Assembly: GCA_003235325.1 (NCBI GenBank)
Contig: QJWQ01000080.1
Span: 1,955-65,954, forward strand
Reading direction: 5' to 3'
DNA length: 64,000 bases
DNA from: Gammaproteobacteria bacterium
GTDB taxonomy: Bacteria; Pseudomonadota; Gammaproteobacteria; Pseudomonadales; Porticoccaceae
Both the position numbers and the translations under genes were made by a program. Positions 1-8,079 of the stretch are shown here, one piece after another. The notes under the pieces are model-generated. The model did no database searches and had not been told where the DNA came from. It worked only from the letters and a program-made list of their open reading frames with translations. Each line of letters opens with the position of its first letter. Positions within the stretch are counted from its first letter, which is position 1.

Positions 1-1441
1 CGCCATCGTAGAGGCGGTAGCAGCTGACGCCGGTGCGTCTAAGCCAGGGTTGCAACTTGCGGTGGTTTTTTTGCAGGCGGTTGGCAAACATCAATGCACC
101 ATCAGACAAGGCAGACGGCCCCGGCGAATCCCGGTCTGCAGAGCCTGTTTGCTCCGCCTCCTTCTCTCTCCGTTCCTGCACCGAGCGCAGGGAGAACAGC
201 AGCAGGTCACTGGGAATCGTGCCATTAAACAGCTTGTACTTTTTATCGCTGCGCAGGCGCAACTCTCCGGCCAGTACCGGGTTGCCGGTAAACACCGCCA
301 GCCGCCAGCCGGGAAATTCGGCCCGGGCCACCTGCCCCAGCGCCCGGTACAGGGGCTTCAGTTCCTCCACCTCGCCCCAGCGCTCGCCGTAGGGCGGGTT
401 GCAGATAATCAGCCCATCGGCAATGGCGGTATGGGTGGGCCGCTTCAGGTCCTGCACCGGTCGGGCGGAAACCCTGACCTGCTGCTCCAGCCCCATGGCG
501 GCGATATTTTGCTGCGCCGCAGTCACCGCCCGGGTGTCCTTGTCGTAGCCGCGCATCTCCGGCAATTGCGTGGCAAGCCCACGCTGTCGCCGTTCCAGGG
601 CCTCATTGACCAGATGCTGCCAAAGGGCTTCATCATGTTGCTTCCAGCAGCGAAAGCCAAAGGACTGGCCACGGGAGCTGCCTGTTTTACCCGGCCTGGT
701 CTGACTGGCAAGCCCCGATCCCAGATTTGCTGAGGGCTGAGGGCTCTCCCGCAAAGCTCCGGCGCGCAACAGACCGGGTGCAATATCCGCGGCCATCATC
801 GCCGCTTCGATCAACAGGGTTCCGCTGCCGCAAAAGGGGTCGATCAGGCCGCCTCCCCGCGCCCGGATTTCCGGCCAGCCAGCCCGCAGCAAGATTGCCG
901 CCGCCAGATTTTCTTTCATGGGCGCCGGCACGGTGGCCACGCGATAGCCCCGCCGGTGCAGGCTTTGACCCGAGAGATCGAGACTGACCACCAGCGATCC
1001 CCTGGCCAGGTGAGCATTGATGCGGATATCAGGGTGGCGCAAATCCACTTCCGGGCGCTGATTTTCCGCCCGGGAGAAACCGTCGACAATGGCGTCCTTG
1101 ACCCGCTGGGCGCCAAAGCGGGTGTGGCGGATATGCTCGCTCTCACCAATAAAGTCCACCGCCAGGGTATCCAGGGCCGTCATATGGGCGGACCAATCGA
1201 TACCGGCAACAGAAACGTAAAGGTCGTCGGCTGTCGATACCCTGAACCTGCCCAGGGGCAGGAAGACCCGGTTAGCCAACCGCGACCAGAGGCAGGCGCG
1301 GTAGGCAAGTTCCAGCGATCCCCGGGCATAAACACCGGCCACCGTCTCCCTGACCGACTCCGCGCCCAGCGTCATTAACTCCTCGGCCAGCAGCGATTCC
1401 AGGCCCCTGGGACAATTGACAAACCATTCACTAGTGGCCAT
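1..1441 (-). CDS. rlmL: 23S rRNA methyltransferase RlmKL (RlmL/YcbY), N-terminal ~480 codons; gene continues beyond the left window edge
   Basis: Not in the ORF track because no stop lies in the window. My minus-strand translation from ATG 1441-1439 gives MATSEWFVNCPRGLESLLAEELMTLGAESVRETVAGVYARGSLELAYRACLW..., then later GGLIDPFCGSGTLLIEAAMMAADIAPG (SAM-MTase motif I), FGFRCWKQHDEALWQ and NPPYGERWG. This is the THUMP + methyltransferase layout of RlmKL. It is divergent from rmf. Confidence 0.88.
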   Translation of the reverse strand, partial: MATSEWFVNCPRGLESLLAEELMTLGAESVRETVAGVYARGSLELAYRACLWSRLANRVFLPLGRFRVSTADDLYVSVAGIDWSAHMTALDTLAVDFIGESEHIRHTRFGAQRVKDAIVDGFSRAENQRPEVDLRHPDIRINAHLARGSLVVSLDLSGQSLHRRGYRVATVPAPMKENLAAAILLRAGWPEIRARGGGLIDPFCGSGTLLIEAAMMAADIAPGLLRAGALRESPQPSANLGSGLASQTRPGKTGSSRGQSFGFRCWKQHDEALWQHLVNEALERRQRGLATQLPEMRGYDKDTRAVTAAQQNIAAMGLEQQVRVSARPVQDLKRPTHTAIADGLIICNPPYGERWGEVEELKPLYRALGQVARAEFPGWRLAVFTGNPVLAGELRLRSDKKYKLFNGTIPSDLLLFSLRSVQERREKEAEQTGSADRDSPGPSALSDGALMFANRLQKNHRKLQPWLRRTGVSCYRLYDG

Positions 1442-1709
1442 CGCGTACTCGGAAACAGGCTGAAATTGATAATTGGGCAGGATTGGTCATTCCCAAATCG
1501 AATTAAAACACTCGGTTTTAATAAAAAGAAAATCTTCGACAGCTAATTTTGGTTTTGTTCAACTGAAGATCCGGCTGCAACCCTAATGAAAACAGTTTCC
1601 GTTAGCAACCAGGTCCAATCCTGGCTCTGGTCACATCAGCCGGCAATAGATCTGTAAATCTCCCAGCCATGCTATTGGCTGCCCAATCACTCAAAAGGAG
1701 CTTTGCCTT

Positions 1710-1916
1710 ATGAGAAGACAAAAACGTGATCTTTCCCACCGCGCATTTATCAAAGGCTATCAAGCCGGATTCACCATGAAAACCAAAAGCAGTTGCCCCT
1801 ACCAGGATGAAACCGACGTCGGTTTTGAATGGCACCGGGGCTGGCGGGAAGGAAGGGAAGATCACTGGGAGGGATTTGACAACCGGGCTTTCCAGCAGAA
1901 AGTATCCTCAATGTAA
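1710..1916 (+). CDS. rmf: ribosome modulation factor
   Basis: The 68-aa product MRRQKRDLSHRAFIKGYQAGF...CPYQ...WHRGWREG parallels E. coli RMF (MKRQKRDRLERAHQRGYQAG..CPYQ..WLGGWREA). AAAGGAG lies 8 nt upstream and the 5' leader is long. Confidence 0.9.
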   Translation: MRRQKRDLSHRAFIKGYQAGFTMKTKSSCPYQDETDVGFEWHRGWREGREDHWEGFDNRAFQQKVSSM

Positions 1917-1970
1917 CCTATACTTGTCTTTGCGGGGGGTAACCCCTACCTCCAGTCTCTAACGAGACTA

Positions 1971-2004
1971 AAAGCGGCGGCGCTGATTGCGACCGCCGCT
2001 TTTG
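1971..2004. terminator. bidirectional rho-independent terminator between convergent rmf and the DUF2288 gene
   Basis: Stem GCGGCGG (1974-1980) pairs with CCGCCGC (1993-1999). It is flanked by AAAA upstream and TTTT downstream. An extra hairpin AGTCTC-TAAC-GAGACT lies just upstream at 1954-1969. Confidence 0.6.
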
Positions 2005-2021
2005 GTTCAGTCCCACCGGCT

Positions 2022-2360
2022 TCACCTGCTGTCATCCCTGCTCGCCTGAACCAGAACCCAGGGTTTGATCACAACCGACCAGACCTCGGCATCAGCCTCG
2101 TACCAGGCAAGGGCCTGAGCATCGCTGACCTGCCCCAGATCGCCAGACTGCAACCAGGATTCGACGGCAGCCCTGTCGTCCCGGGCCATGGCACTGGCGA
2201 CGTCGACCAGATCCAGAGCAGGATCGACGGCAAGTGCCAGTCCGCCGGCAAAGAAACGCTGCAGATCCCGCCAGGCAATTCTACCGGTTTCAGCCAGAAT
2301 CCTGGCTTTATCCAGTTTTGTCAGGTCGTCCAGGGATCGGAACTGCTGGTCATCATTCAT
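2022..2360 (-). CDS. DUF2288-like conserved hypothetical protein
   Basis: 112 aa. The C-terminal ...WYEADAEVWSVVIKPWVLVQ and central RDLQRFFAGGLALAVDPALDLVDVA resemble the DUF2288 family as I remember it. Family recalled from memory, not searched. Confidence 0.55.
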   Translation of the reverse strand: MNDDQQFRSLDDLTKLDKARILAETGRIAWRDLQRFFAGGLALAVDPALDLVDVASAMARDDRAAVESWLQSGDLGQVSDAQALAWYEADAEVWSVVIKPWVLVQASRDDSR

Positions 2361-2391
2361 GGTCGGGGCCGACTTAAAACTCCATTTAACA

Positions 2392-2652
2392 TTAACTATA
2401 GGTAATATAATTCTGTTTTAAATGAATTTTTATTTTTCTATTGAGGGATTTTATCTCCGCTTCCCGTCGACTGGCGCTGCTTCGGCTGTGGCCCGTCTCC
2501 AGAAATACCACGGCCTCGGGGCTTCGACCATTGAAATAGCGGGCGCCGCGTCTGCCCGTGCTGTGCTCACGAAATCGTCGTTGGATGTCCGTGGTAATAC
2601 CGGTGTAGAGGGAACCGTCACTGGCCTCGATCATGTAGACACACCAGTTCAT
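2392..2652 (-). CDS. GIY-YIG nuclease family protein (YhbQ/UPF0213-like)
   Basis: MNWCVYMIEASDGSLYTGITTDIQRRFREH...EIKSLNR shows the GIY..YTG..R..EH motif order. Its ATG (2652-2650) overlaps the sprT stop as ATGA. The ORF-track start at 2679 is probably too far upstream. Confidence 0.8.
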   Translation of the reverse strand: MNWCVYMIEASDGSLYTGITTDIQRRFREHSTGRRGARYFNGRSPEAVVFLETGHSRSSASRREAEIKSLNRKIKIHLKQNYITYS

Positions 2653-3170
2653 CCGCAATATCTCAGGGCACCACCACAACTGCGGCAGTGATAGCGGGCT
2701 CGCCGCTGTTTAATGCGCTTGTGCCGAACGCTGCCCAACTGGTGGCTGCGACAGTCACAGCGATAACTGAATTGCCGGTGCTGGCGCTGGGGAATGCTGT
2801 CCAGGTTGTAGTCGGCGGTACGCCGGGGCTCGGCGCCCAGGGCCTGCATCACCGCCTGCCACTCCCGGCCGTGGGGCCGGGTCCGACCCAGGCCGTATAC
2901 ACGATCCACCAGGTAATGGGCCACCTCGTGAGGCACGGTGTTGGCCAGGCTTTCCTCGTAGTACTTGGCAAAAAGCCAGGGATTGTAGCGGATCACCGCT
3001 TCCGTACCACGAACGCGATACATGCCGGACGAACGGCCGCGAAGGTCGAAAAGCACAGGAATGCTGTCGAAACGGCGCTGAAACAGTTGCTCGCCCCGGT
3101 CAATATAATCCCGGGTTGTGGCGATCACTTCCGCCTCGCGTCGGACGTCAATCGGCTCGATTATTTTCAT
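2649..3170 (-). CDS. sprT: SprT-family zinc metalloprotease
   Basis: 173 aa with HEVAHYLV (HExxH) and a C-terminal Cys-rich ribbon YRCDC...HCRSCGG. Length and layout match E. coli SprT. Confidence 0.85.
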   Translation of the reverse strand: MKIIEPIDVRREAEVIATTRDYIDRGEQLFQRRFDSIPVLFDLRGRSSGMYRVRGTEAVIRYNPWLFAKYYEESLANTVPHEVAHYLVDRVYGLGRTRPHGREWQAVMQALGAEPRRTADYNLDSIPQRQHRQFSYRCDCRSHQLGSVRHKRIKQRRARYHCRSCGGALRYCG

Positions 3171-3255
3171 GGCGGCAGTATATCCCAGGGTTAACGGATC
3201 CTGTCAAAATCCAGCCCATCCGCCGTGTACAGGGCACTGCTGTTACACTGTCGGT

Positions 3256-4074
3256 ATGAACATAGACCTGCATACCCACACCACGGCCTCGGACGGTGCC
3301 CTGTCCCCCGGGGAGTTGATTGCAGCCGCCGTCGAACGGCGAATCCCGATGCTGGCCATCACCGACCATGACAGCATCGCCGCCTTTTCCCAACTGGATT
3401 CAGAAACCGAGTCCCCAAGGCTTATCACCGGCATTGAGCTGTCCACCGTCTGGCGTCGCATGGGCATTCATATTGTCGGCCTCAATTTCCGGCTCGATAG
3501 CCCGGCCATTGGCGAGGCTGTCCGTTGCCAGGACAGGGCCCGCACCGAGCGGGGCGAAAGGATCGCCGAGAAGCTGGAAAAACTCGGTGTTGACAATCCC
3601 CTGGGCGGCGCCATGGCCATCGCCGGCGACAGCACTCTCGGGCGGCCCCACTTCGCCCGGCATATGGTTAATGTCGGCTTTGTTCGCACTGAGGAAGAGG
3701 CTTTCAGGAAATACCTGGGTTCAGGCAAAGGCTGCGATATCAACAACAACTGGGCGTCCCTGCCCCAGGTGGTTTGCTGGATTCGGGAAGCCGGTGGCTC
3801 CGCGGTACTGGCCCATCCCGGCAGATACAACCTGACCCGCACCAGGCTGGCCAGCCTGGTGGAGGAATTTGTGGCCGCCGGCGGCGAGGCGCTGGAAGTG
3901 GTGTCCGGGCGCCAGTTACCGACACAGACCCGGGATTTTGCCCGGCTGGCGACGGCCCATGGCCTGCTCATGTCCTGCGGTTCGGATTTCCACCAGCCCG
4001 GGCAATCCTGGGCACAACTGGGCTGCTACTCGACGCCACCACCGGCGCTGATCCCGGTATGGGATCGCTGGTAA
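3256..4074 (+). CDS. trpH: PHP-domain phosphoesterase (TrpH/YciV, RNase AM-like)
   Basis: MNIDLHTHTTASDGALSP...AITDHDS is the PHP metal-binding signature. I prefer the internal ATG at 3256 over the ORF-track start at 3118, because the N-terminal extension is Cys/Pro-rich junk that overlaps sprT. Confidence 0.85.
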   Translation: MNIDLHTHTTASDGALSPGELIAAAVERRIPMLAITDHDSIAAFSQLDSETESPRLITGIELSTVWRRMGIHIVGLNFRLDSPAIGEAVRCQDRARTERGERIAEKLEKLGVDNPLGGAMAIAGDSTLGRPHFARHMVNVGFVRTEEEAFRKYLGSGKGCDINNNWASLPQVVCWIREAGGSAVLAHPGRYNLTRTRLASLVEEFVAAGGEALEVVSGRQLPTQTRDFARLATAHGLLMSCGSDFHQPGQSWAQLGCYSTPPPALIPVWDRW

Positions 4075-4212
4075 TGCCCTGAAAATATCCGACAAATTGA
4101 TCTAGGTCGGCAAGGCAAATTTACTCGACCGACAAATTCACCCATAATAGGTGAGCAATAGCACTCATGTGACACGCGTCAGGCGGCAAGGCCACTTCAG
4201 ATTATCCCGATA

Positions 4213-4533
4213 GTGAAAAAACCTCCGACAAAAGCCGAAATTCGCCAGCAGCTTCGCAGGGAGGTGCAGAGCTTTCTGCAACGGGGTGGCCATATCGAGG
4301 AAATTCCTCCGGGTGTCAGCGGCCGGGATGATCACAGCATCGTCAAAACTCCGGTTTTCGATACGCCCAAAATGGAGCGCACGCCGGTACCGGAGGTGGT
4401 GGCCAACATCGAGTCCCGTCGCCGGCAAAAAGCCGAAAAGCCTCCGCCCCGAAAAGTTCAGCGCAAACCCCGGGAAAAAGTCATTTACGATGACTTTGGC
4501 GAACCGGTGCGGCGGGTCTGGGTGGAGGATTAA
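4213..4533 (+). CDS. sutA: SutA-like small RNA-polymerase-associated regulator (tentative)
   Basis: 106 aa with a GTG start. The motif FLQRGGHIEEIPPGVSGRD resembles the FL-RGG-(V/I)-EI core that I recall from gammaproteobacterial SutA. The protein is basic and disordered at both ends. Assigned from memory only. Confidence 0.5.
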   Translation: MKKPPTKAEIRQQLRREVQSFLQRGGHIEEIPPGVSGRDDHSIVKTPVFDTPKMERTPVPEVVANIESRRRQKAEKPPPRKVQRKPREKVIYDDFGEPVRRVWVED

Positions 4534-4562
4534 CGGCCGTCAGCTGAAGTCGATGCCTTTCT

Positions 4563-5024
4563 TCAGCCCTGATCCCGGGCCCTCATTTTCTGGCCGAGGT
4601 AACAGCTCGATCCGGCCACCAGAGCGCAGAGAATCATGCCCCAGGCAATATCGACCACCACGACGTTTACCGGCCAGCCGGCCAGCGTCGCCAGGTTGGT
4701 CAGATCATAGGTGGCGTAGGTAAAAAACCCGAACAGTGCGCCCAACTGACTGGCCTTTACCGGCCCCCTGCTTTTTGACGGATTATTATCCGGATTGGTG
4801 CGGGTTCCTGACCCGGTTTCCAGCACCGGCCTCACCGCATAAAAAAGGATGCCACCGATATAGACCGCGTAAAACAGAATCGCCGCCGGCCAGTTGACCT
4901 CGGTCGCCAGCAGGTGGCGCAGGTTGGCCTGGTAGAAATCCACGGCCACCAGGCCCAGCCAGATCATGTCCAGGGCAAAAAAAACAGGGACAGTCAGGAA
5001 ATATAGCCTGGTGTAGAAAGCCAT
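4563..5024 (-). CDS. DUF2177-like integral membrane protein
   Basis: MAFYTRLYFLTVPVFFALDMIWLGLV...FFTYATYDLTNLATLAGWP. It has four predicted TM segments. A hydrophilic insertion (TGSGTRTNPDNNPSKSRGP) sits in the central loop. An alternative start lies at 5048. Confidence 0.6.
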   Translation of the reverse strand: MAFYTRLYFLTVPVFFALDMIWLGLVAVDFYQANLRHLLATEVNWPAAILFYAVYIGGILFYAVRPVLETGSGTRTNPDNNPSKSRGPVKASQLGALFGFFTYATYDLTNLATLAGWPVNVVVVDIAWGMILCALVAGSSCYLGQKMRARDQG

Positions 5025-5261
5025 TGTCAGACTCCCGGCAACGACCATAGATCGAGAATGCCTGTCGCTTTTACGCCCCCGTTAATCCACACTGTATTCC
5101 GCCATTTGCATCATTGAAGTCAACTGTTGTCTCCGATTTCAAATTCTTTGATGCGCTTCCAGCGTTTTGGCATCGTTGGTCGGGTCATTGGAAAATTGTT
5201 TGTATTGCTCGACGCAAGCACCCGGGAGCAGTCAATATAATCGGAGCCGGATTCTCGAAGG

Positions 5262-5876
5262 ATGGGGCAAATGCGCAAAGATATCAATGAATTAATAGCG
5301 GAGATTCGCCACCTTCAACAGCAGCTAGAACACTACTGGGAAGGTTTGAGCGAACAGTTCAATTACCGCCTGCAAGGTCGCAAAGTCCAGTTCGATCGCG
5401 CTGTCGCGGCCCTGCACCAACAGTACCGCGTCGGCCTGCTGCGCTATGTTTTGCACGCCCGGCTAAAGCACCTGCTCACCGCTCCGGTGATTTATGCCAT
5501 GATTTTCCCCATTGCTCTGCTTGATCTCAGCGTTACCCTCTACCAGCACATCTGCTTCAGGGCCTATGGCATCGATCGGGTCAGGCGACAGGACTATATC
5601 GTCATTGACCGCCACCGGCTCGGTTATCTCAATGCCCTGGAAAAGCTGAACTGCGTCTACTGCGGTTACGCCAACGGCCTTATTGCCTATTGCACAGAGA
5701 TTTTTGCCCGTACCGAAAAGTACTGGTGCCCGATAAAGCACGCACGACGAGTCCGGGCGGTCCACTCCCACTATGTCAACTACAGCGAGTACGGCGATGC
5801 GGAGCGCTATCGGGAACAACTGCTCAAACTGCGGAATGAGTTGATAGCCACGGACAAGCCGGACACTCAGCCATAA
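5262..5876 (+). CDS. conserved hypothetical protein (N-terminal coiled coil, one TM segment, Cys-rich C-terminal region)
   Basis: 204 aa with coding-like composition. TM segment LLTAPVIYAMIFPIALLDLSVTLY, then CVYCGYANGLIAYCTEIFARTEKYWCPIKH. No family recognised. Confidence 0.6.
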   Translation: MGQMRKDINELIAEIRHLQQQLEHYWEGLSEQFNYRLQGRKVQFDRAVAALHQQYRVGLLRYVLHARLKHLLTAPVIYAMIFPIALLDLSVTLYQHICFRAYGIDRVRRQDYIVIDRHRLGYLNALEKLNCVYCGYANGLIAYCTEIFARTEKYWCPIKHARRVRAVHSHYVNYSEYGDAERYREQLLKLRNELIATDKPDTQP

Positions 5877-5891
5877 GCGATCCCGGACCGA

Positions 5892-6077
5892 TCAGGTCGT
5901 CTCCACCTTACGGGTGCCGCAACGGCGGCATCGATAGACGGTCACCAGCATGCCCCGCCTGACATCAAACTGCTTGTCCTTGCAGATTTCCCACTTGTGA
6001 TAGCCGTGCTGACACAGTCCAACCGGTCTGGCTCTGGCTTTACGGGTCGGTTTTTTGAAGGGCAGGATTTGAGCCAT
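5892..6077 (-). CDS. small zinc-ribbon-like hypothetical protein
   Basis: 61 aa and basic, with C-x2-H...H-x4-C ... CRRCG. It is the last gene of the minus-strand string 7902->5892. Confidence 0.45.
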   Translation of the reverse strand: MAQILPFKKPTRKARARPVGLCQHGYHKWEICKDKQFDVRRGMLVTVYRCRRCGTRKVETT

Positions 6078-6096
6078 AAGTGTTAACAGGCCCTGG

Positions 6097-6570
6097 TTAC
6101 TGCCAGCGAAGCCGGGTCAGGCGCCAGTCACCATCGTCCAGCAGCCAGTCGCCTTCAAATCTGACGATCCGGCCTGAGTCCGGCAGCAGGCCTTTGCCGC
6201 CAGCCAGTATGGCGGTACCCGCCATCGAAGCGCTCAGGGGGTCATCGGGACTCGACATCACTTGCAACTGGCTTACGGCCACGGTGATTTTCTGGTGACG
6301 CAAAAATAACAGCTGCAGGGTACGCTGGACCAATTGTCGATCCATGGCGCGATAGCCGCCGTACGTGGCATTGTTGCCATCGCTGGTCTCTACCCCCTGA
6401 AAATCTATCGCCAGCAGGTCCAGAACGGCATCGCTGTCATCGTTCTCGATCGCGGCCTGCAGCCTGTCGACATTGTCGCGAATCTGCCGTTCGGTATCGG
6501 CCCTGTCGCAGCCCGCGAGCAGGAGCGCCAACAACAGCCAGGCCGCGATCGCCTGCCGCCGGAATTGCAT
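6097..6570 (-). CDS. lipoprotein, NTF2/SnoaL-like (tentative)
   Basis: MQFRRQAIAAWLLLALLLAGCDRAD is a signal peptide plus lipobox (LAGC). The remainder is an alpha+beta-type sequence ending DWRLTRLRW. The ORF-track start at 6651 would overlap the upstream gene. Confidence 0.6.
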   Translation of the reverse strand: MQFRRQAIAAWLLLALLLAGCDRADTERQIRDNVDRLQAAIENDDSDAVLDLLAIDFQGVETSDGNNATYGGYRAMDRQLVQRTLQLLFLRHQKITVAVSQLQVMSSPDDPLSASMAGTAILAGGKGLLPDSGRIVRFEGDWLLDDGDWRLTRLRWQ

Positions 6571-6613
6571 CCACAATGCGGGCCCGGCTGCGACGACGCC
6601 GGACGAAGCCACA

Positions 6614-7495
6614 TCAATTGCTGACATAGAGGTAGTTCTTGCGGCCACCATCGCAGGCGATCAGATTGGTTCTGAGGCGATTGCAGTTGTTCAGGTCGAT
6701 AGCCGTCGGCGCGGTTACGGCCTCGCTGACGCCAATCCGGCCCTTGTCCTTTTTCAGGTAGGAAAACATGGTTTCCGATCGATCGGCGAAGTCAACTCCC
6801 TTCTCGGTGAGGTCCTGAAACAGGAAGGCAAACTTACCGAATGTCATGGTGGAGCCACCCAGACCAATTTCCAGCATCTTGTCGATATAGCGACGGTAGA
6901 CCTGGCCCAGATAGCTGCGCACCTCGGCCATGCTCGATGCCGAGCCGGAGAAGCTCGGCAGGTCCAGCCGGTTATCAGGGGACAATGCCCCTTCGGCCAG
7001 GTGCTGATTGTTGCGGTTGCCCGTCAGCCGGAAGGTGGTATCCCTGCAGACGATGACATCGCCGGCAAAACGGCAATCCGGCAGATCGGTTGCGTCACTG
7101 TTGCCGATGACGGATACAGCAGGCCCTGTGTCACTGGCCGGAGGACCGCCACTGCCCCGCGGCGGCGCCGGTGCAGCCCGGGATTGATTGCTTTCTGTGG
7201 GCAGGCGATCCGGAACGGCCACCCTGGGACGGGAATCCTGTCGGGGAATTGTAATGCTGATGCCCAGGCGGCTGGCGGGGCGCTTCAGTAACAGGGCCTG
7301 GGTAGTGCCGTCGTTGTTGCGAAACTCGTAAAACCTTGGCAGGGAACCGGATTCGCCCCGGGCCTGCAGTTCACAATAGACCTGTTCAAAATAGGTTTCC
7401 GCCAGGGCAATGCAGAAGTCATCGGCGCGCGTGTCGCTGGCTATCAGCGCTGCCAGAATTGACGAAATCCGGGCAAGTCGACGCAATAAACTCAT
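6614..7495 (-). CDS. secreted Cys-containing hypothetical protein
   Basis: 293 aa with signal peptide MSLLRRLARISSILAALIASDTRA. It has a Pro/Ser/Gly-rich linker and eight Cys residues. Its start overlaps the stop of the DUF1653 gene as ATGA. Confidence 0.65.
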   Translation of the reverse strand: MSLLRRLARISSILAALIASDTRADDFCIALAETYFEQVYCELQARGESGSLPRFYEFRNNDGTTQALLLKRPASRLGISITIPRQDSRPRVAVPDRLPTESNQSRAAPAPPRGSGGPPASDTGPAVSVIGNSDATDLPDCRFAGDVIVCRDTTFRLTGNRNNQHLAEGALSPDNRLDLPSFSGSASSMAEVRSYLGQVYRRYIDKMLEIGLGGSTMTFGKFAFLFQDLTEKGVDFADRSETMFSYLKKDKGRIGVSEAVTAPTAIDLNNCNRLRTNLIACDGGRKNYLYVSN

Positions 7496-7902
7496 TCCTC
7501 ACCTTCCTCCAGTCGCTGGAATCTCGGCAGAGGTTCACCGCCGTGTTCCACGGTTTCAGTAAACATGGCCAGCGGCCGCACCCAGACGCCAAAATCGCCG
7601 TACAGGGCCTGGTAGACTGCCAGCAATTCGCCGGTTTCCGAGTGTCGGGCAGTTCCGAGTACCCGGTAGCGTCTGCCCTTGAAGTGCCGGTAGATACCCG
7701 GTGCCAGCAGGCTGTCGGCAAAAGCTGCCCTGGTATCTGTGCCACCAATGCCGGCTTCGGCAGAACTGTTACCTGCGCCCGGAGCGTTATTTGCTCCCGA
7801 ATCATTTGCTCCAGAATCAACGCCCCTGGTCCCGGCAGCCTTTTTGCCTCTGGCCGGGATCTTGTCTGACCCTTTTTTTGCAGAAATGGATTTTGCGATC
7901 AT
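7492..7902 (-). CDS. DUF1653 domain protein with low-complexity N-terminus
   Basis: The C-terminal half GIYRHFKGRRYRVLGTARHSETGELLAVYQALYGDFGVWVRPLAMF matches the DUF1653 signature (YrHyKG..Y.v...a.HsEt.e..VvY..LYG...WvRP). The N-terminus is Gly/Ala/Ser/Asn-rich. Confidence 0.7.
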   Translation of the reverse strand: MIAKSISAKKGSDKIPARGKKAAGTRGVDSGANDSGANNAPGAGNSSAEAGIGGTDTRAAFADSLLAPGIYRHFKGRRYRVLGTARHSETGELLAVYQALYGDFGVWVRPLAMFTETVEHGGEPLPRFQRLEEGEE

Positions 7903-8079
7903 GGCCGTTCCCCTGCTCCTGGCTCGGCACCGGCTAAGGACGCTTCAGTCACCCACCGATGGAGCCCTGTTTTTATTATGCCGGCGCCCCTGCCGGGGTT
8001 CCGGTTCCCAAGCTGTCTGGCCCGGCTTTGTAAATCACATCCTGCCTGGCAGGCCCTGACAAGAATAGTATGCCGGCGG

